A stretch of 64,000 bases of DNA from Dipteris shenzhenensis (lineage: Eukaryota). Each line of letters opens with the position of its first letter. Position 1 is the stretch's first letter. The translations under genes and the position numbers were made by a program. The stretch is from assembly GCA_047967505.1 (NCBI GenBank), contig CM106538.1; one strand, given 5' to 3'. The notes under the pieces are model-generated. The model worked only from the letters and a program-made list of their open reading frames with translations. It was not told the DNA's origin and did not search any database. Below are positions 61,091 through 64,000 of this stretch, piece after piece.

Positions 61091-64000
61091 TGTAATATAT
61101 GTGTTTGTGCTTTATGTAAATGATCGGGAGGGATTAATGTCAAGGTCCTAGGTGAGGGTTGATAGCACCAGACTAGATAGATCTGAGACCAAGGGCCTAG
61201 TGCAAAGATTGTGCCTAGGGGCAAGGAATTAAATGCATCCCAAGAGAGGGGTGAAATGTTGCATTAGGAAGGCCCTATATGGATGACATGTGGCATCTAG
61301 ATCTATCTAGGGATTTGGGGTCTGTCAAGGCTAGTGAGAGAAGATAAGGATTTAGTTTTACGTGATTTCGTACACAGCTCTATCTCTCTTGCTTGGGAGT
61401 CTTGGCAGAATTGGCTGGGAGGAAAAGAAAGGTGCTACTCCCGTGATATCTGCAGTGAGAAAATCAGAGATAGGTGACAGATAGCTGACAATTGGTATCA
61501 GAGCAGAAGGTTGGAGAGGAACGTAACGTAACGTAACATTGAGTGCAGAGAGCGAGTCTCGGGCGATCCTGGCAAGAGAACAGGGTTACGAAGGGGAAAG
61601 GTGTAGAGCGTCGGTGACGACGAATAGTGAAAGAGTAGTTGGACGGTTTGTGACGTCGTGACGCTGCGCTGAGCGGGAGACCTGAATATACCACGCTGAA
61701 CGGAAGGCGAAGGACTGTCGCAGCCACCCGTCGAATTGCTGGTTTCGAAGATCGATTGACAAAAACCTTAGCAGAAAGGCGGCCACTGGTGGTGTTTAAG
61801 GAATTTATAGAAGTCATTCGACGGGGAGCGCAGACTGGTCGTGAACGTTTAAGGATTGAGTTTTTTACGGCACAGGAGACGTGAAGCGCAGGCAAAAAAA
61901 AAAAAAAAAAATCGTTGACGAAACTTGGTGGAGCGCAAGTCGACGGGCAGACTGCTGCGGAACCATGACGGACACCTGGGGGTCTAACGAAGAAATTAGC
62001 TGACAGTTGGTTGGCGCTAACGAACCTACGTTCCGTGGGCTGGGAGATTTAACGACAGAATATAGTTGACAGCACGCCGCCATCTGTTTCGCCGTAGCTT
62101 TGGCCCTCCAAGCTCACGTAAACAGATCGTAGTTGGGACTTCTTTGGCCACTAGTTCCGCTTATATGCTGTAGCTAGTTGATTGCAAATTGCTCGGGCTG
62201 CAAGCTGTGGGATTCGAAGTTCAGGGAGCACTCTATCTATTTTCCCTTTTGGTTTTCGTTATTCCTGTTTTGTCGGAAGCAATTAGATTTTCTTGGTCAT
62301 CAGAGGTCGCAGTTGATGATGCTATGGCAAGAATAAATTATGCTTGAACAGATTATGCCTGTGTGTTTCAGTCGGAGTCAGATTGCAGGAATTTCCTTAG
62401 TATAGGGAAAAGCGCCCTCTGTGAGATATGCCTGTATTAAATGCTTGATTAGTGTGAATGTGGGATTGCAGGAATTCCCTAGTATAGGGAATTGTGTTCA
62501 GAGTGTTAGTACCCTGAATTGTGTCAGCTTGTGATTACAGTGTTCTAGGGGTGTTTTAAAAATTATTTAAAAAAAAAAAAAAAAAAGCCCCAAAACAAAA
62601 CACCTACTGAACTAAATGGAAGCAGAAGAAGGAGCTTCCAGGAGGGACCCTGGTGAATCAGGAGTCCGGCCGACCCAGCAGGGATCGCGCCCAGTAGCTC
62701 ACACTTTATCTGGCAGGATTGCATTGCTGGAGGATGCCTTGCAACAGTTGTTAGCGCAGCAATTACAAGCCAATGCAGGGCAATCTGAACTTAGGAGAGC
62801 GTTACAGAGTATGTCTGCCAGACCTTCTCGAGAAGAGAAGGGAAAGGCTCCAATGGAACTGGAGTCTAGTGTCCATACGGTCGAGCCTAGGAAGGCTAAA
62901 GTGCCGAATATTGCGAATTACAGACCGGAAAAGTATTCTGGTCGGATGAACGACCGTAGCTCCGATGTCATTGAGACCTGGTTACACAAATGGGACGAGG
63001 CGTTCGCCATTTGTGAGATCAGAAATGACATCAAAAAGATCCGCGAGGCCACCCATATGTTTAGTGAGGCGGCGGATCGGTGGTGGATTAAACAACAAAA
63101 AGATGGCATAGCATCCACTACCTGGGAGGGGTTTAAAAGAGAGTTCAGGAAACACTTCTTACCTCCTGACGAGGGATCCCGAGCTTGGGATCAATATAGG
63201 AACCTTCGTCAGAGAAATTTATCAGTGGCAGAATACACTGATAAGTTTCGAGAGAGTGTAATGAAGGTTGACGAACCCCTGCCTCAATCAATCCAAGTGA
63301 AAGATTTCATATTTGGATTGAATGATCGAATAAAAATGGAAGTTCGGGCTAAGTACGCGAACACGCTAGATGATGCAATAGCTATAGCTCTGAACTACGA
63401 GGATGCCAAGGGCAGCAAGCCAAGTGGGTTTGCACAGGTCGGAACCCAGTATGGGTATCCGAAGAAGTCTGGGTTTAAGAAGAAGTGGGCTAGTAGAGGG
63501 AGTGGTTCGCAGCCGAGTGGTCAAGCCAAGCAGGCGAGACCGGCTGAAACTCCTAAACCGAGTACCACCATTGGAGTGAAAAGGAAAGTAACTCCAATGG
63601 CAGCCCGGGCTTGGTCTAAGTCTCCCTTGAACCCGGAACAAAGGGAAAAAGCGAGGAGAGAAGGCTTATGCTTTGGTTGCCTTCAACCTCATCAGTGGAG
63701 AGATTGTCCACGTAATAAAGATCGTCGGATGGCTGAGATGGTGATCTCAGAGTGCGACGTGGAGATGCAGGGAAGTCCCAGAGCGGAAGAGATGCAGATT
63801 CAGCTAGCGGGATCTTCTCAAAGGTTAGTACCTTGTTTGTTCTGTGTGTCTGTTACTAAGTTAGTGACGAGTGCACCTGATAACATCCTATCTAAGCCCG
63901 CAGCAACGGGGTATACAGTCTTCAATGATACGGAGTTAATCAAAATGAAAGGGCAAGTGGCCAGTCATGATGTCATTGTGTTGTTTGACTCAGCGTCAAC
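61091..64000 (+). mobile_element. Young Ty3/gypsy retrotransposon, 5' part
   Basis: 400-bp LTR TGTAAT...CTGACA (61091-61490; start inferred), PBS at 61493-61504, ~1.1-kb leader, open gag-protease ORF. Confidence 0.9.
62616..64000 (+). CDS. gag-pol: Gag-protease polyprotein, open for 461 codons to the window edge (absent from the ORF track because it has no stop)
   Basis: RPEKYSG, AADRWW, TWEGFKREFRKHF, LRQRNLSVAEYTDKF, FIFGL, knuckle CFGCLQPHQWRDC, protease start VLFDSAS. Confidence 0.92.
   Translation, partial: MEAEEGASRRDPGESGVRPTQQGSRPVAHTLSGRIALLEDALQQLLAQQLQANAGQSELRRALQSMSARPSREEKGKAPMELESSVHTVEPRKAKVPNIANYRPEKYSGRMNDRSSDVIETWLHKWDEAFAICEIRNDIKKIREATHMFSEAADRWWIKQQKDGIASTTWEGFKREFRKHFLPPDEGSRAWDQYRNLRQRNLSVAEYTDKFRESVMKVDEPLPQSIQVKDFIFGLNDRIKMEVRAKYANTLDDAIAIALNYEDAKGSKPSGFAQVGTQYGYPKKSGFKKKWASRGSGSQPSGQAKQARPAETPKPSTTIGVKRKVTPMAARAWSKSPLNPEQREKARREGLCFGCLQPHQWRDCPRNKDRRMAEMVISECDVEMQGSPRAEEMQIQLAGSSQRLVPCLFCVSVTKLVTSAPDNILSKPAATGYTVFNDTELIKMKGQVASHDVIVLFDSAS

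Overview
Repeat-rich eukaryotic (land plant) nuclear DNA, most likely from a non-seed plant such as a fern (inferred from the Replitron, the TE-filled introns and the plant gene families). Host genes: (i) the main exon of mitochondrial ATP synthase epsilon (3290-3488, -); (ii) an intact 7-exon, 352-aa conserved plant protein of unknown function (19540-34302, -), with 9.6-kb and 3.7-kb introns full of TEs; (iii) the 5' exons of a RING-finger gene (56236-56752, +). Most of the rest is transposon-derived: Ty3/gypsy and Ty1/copia remnants, a TSD-flanked, internally deleted chromovirus, two long decayed LINEs, and a young gypsy element with an open gag-protease ORF running off the window end. A ~6.6-7.0 kb tandem duplication covers 5593-19247 and has a snap-back templated junction. 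An intronless REF/SRPP (LDAP) pseudogene lies inside intron 4 of the 7-exon gene. The most notable element is a decayed Y1 HUH-endonuclease (Replitron-type) transposase (54391-55571, -) with a probable intron and an AT-hook, lying next to a 276-bp palindrome and head-to-head with the RING gene. Replitrons are a described but recently recognised group; I found nothing I can support as an entirely new system. All family assignments are from motif recognition, not database searches.
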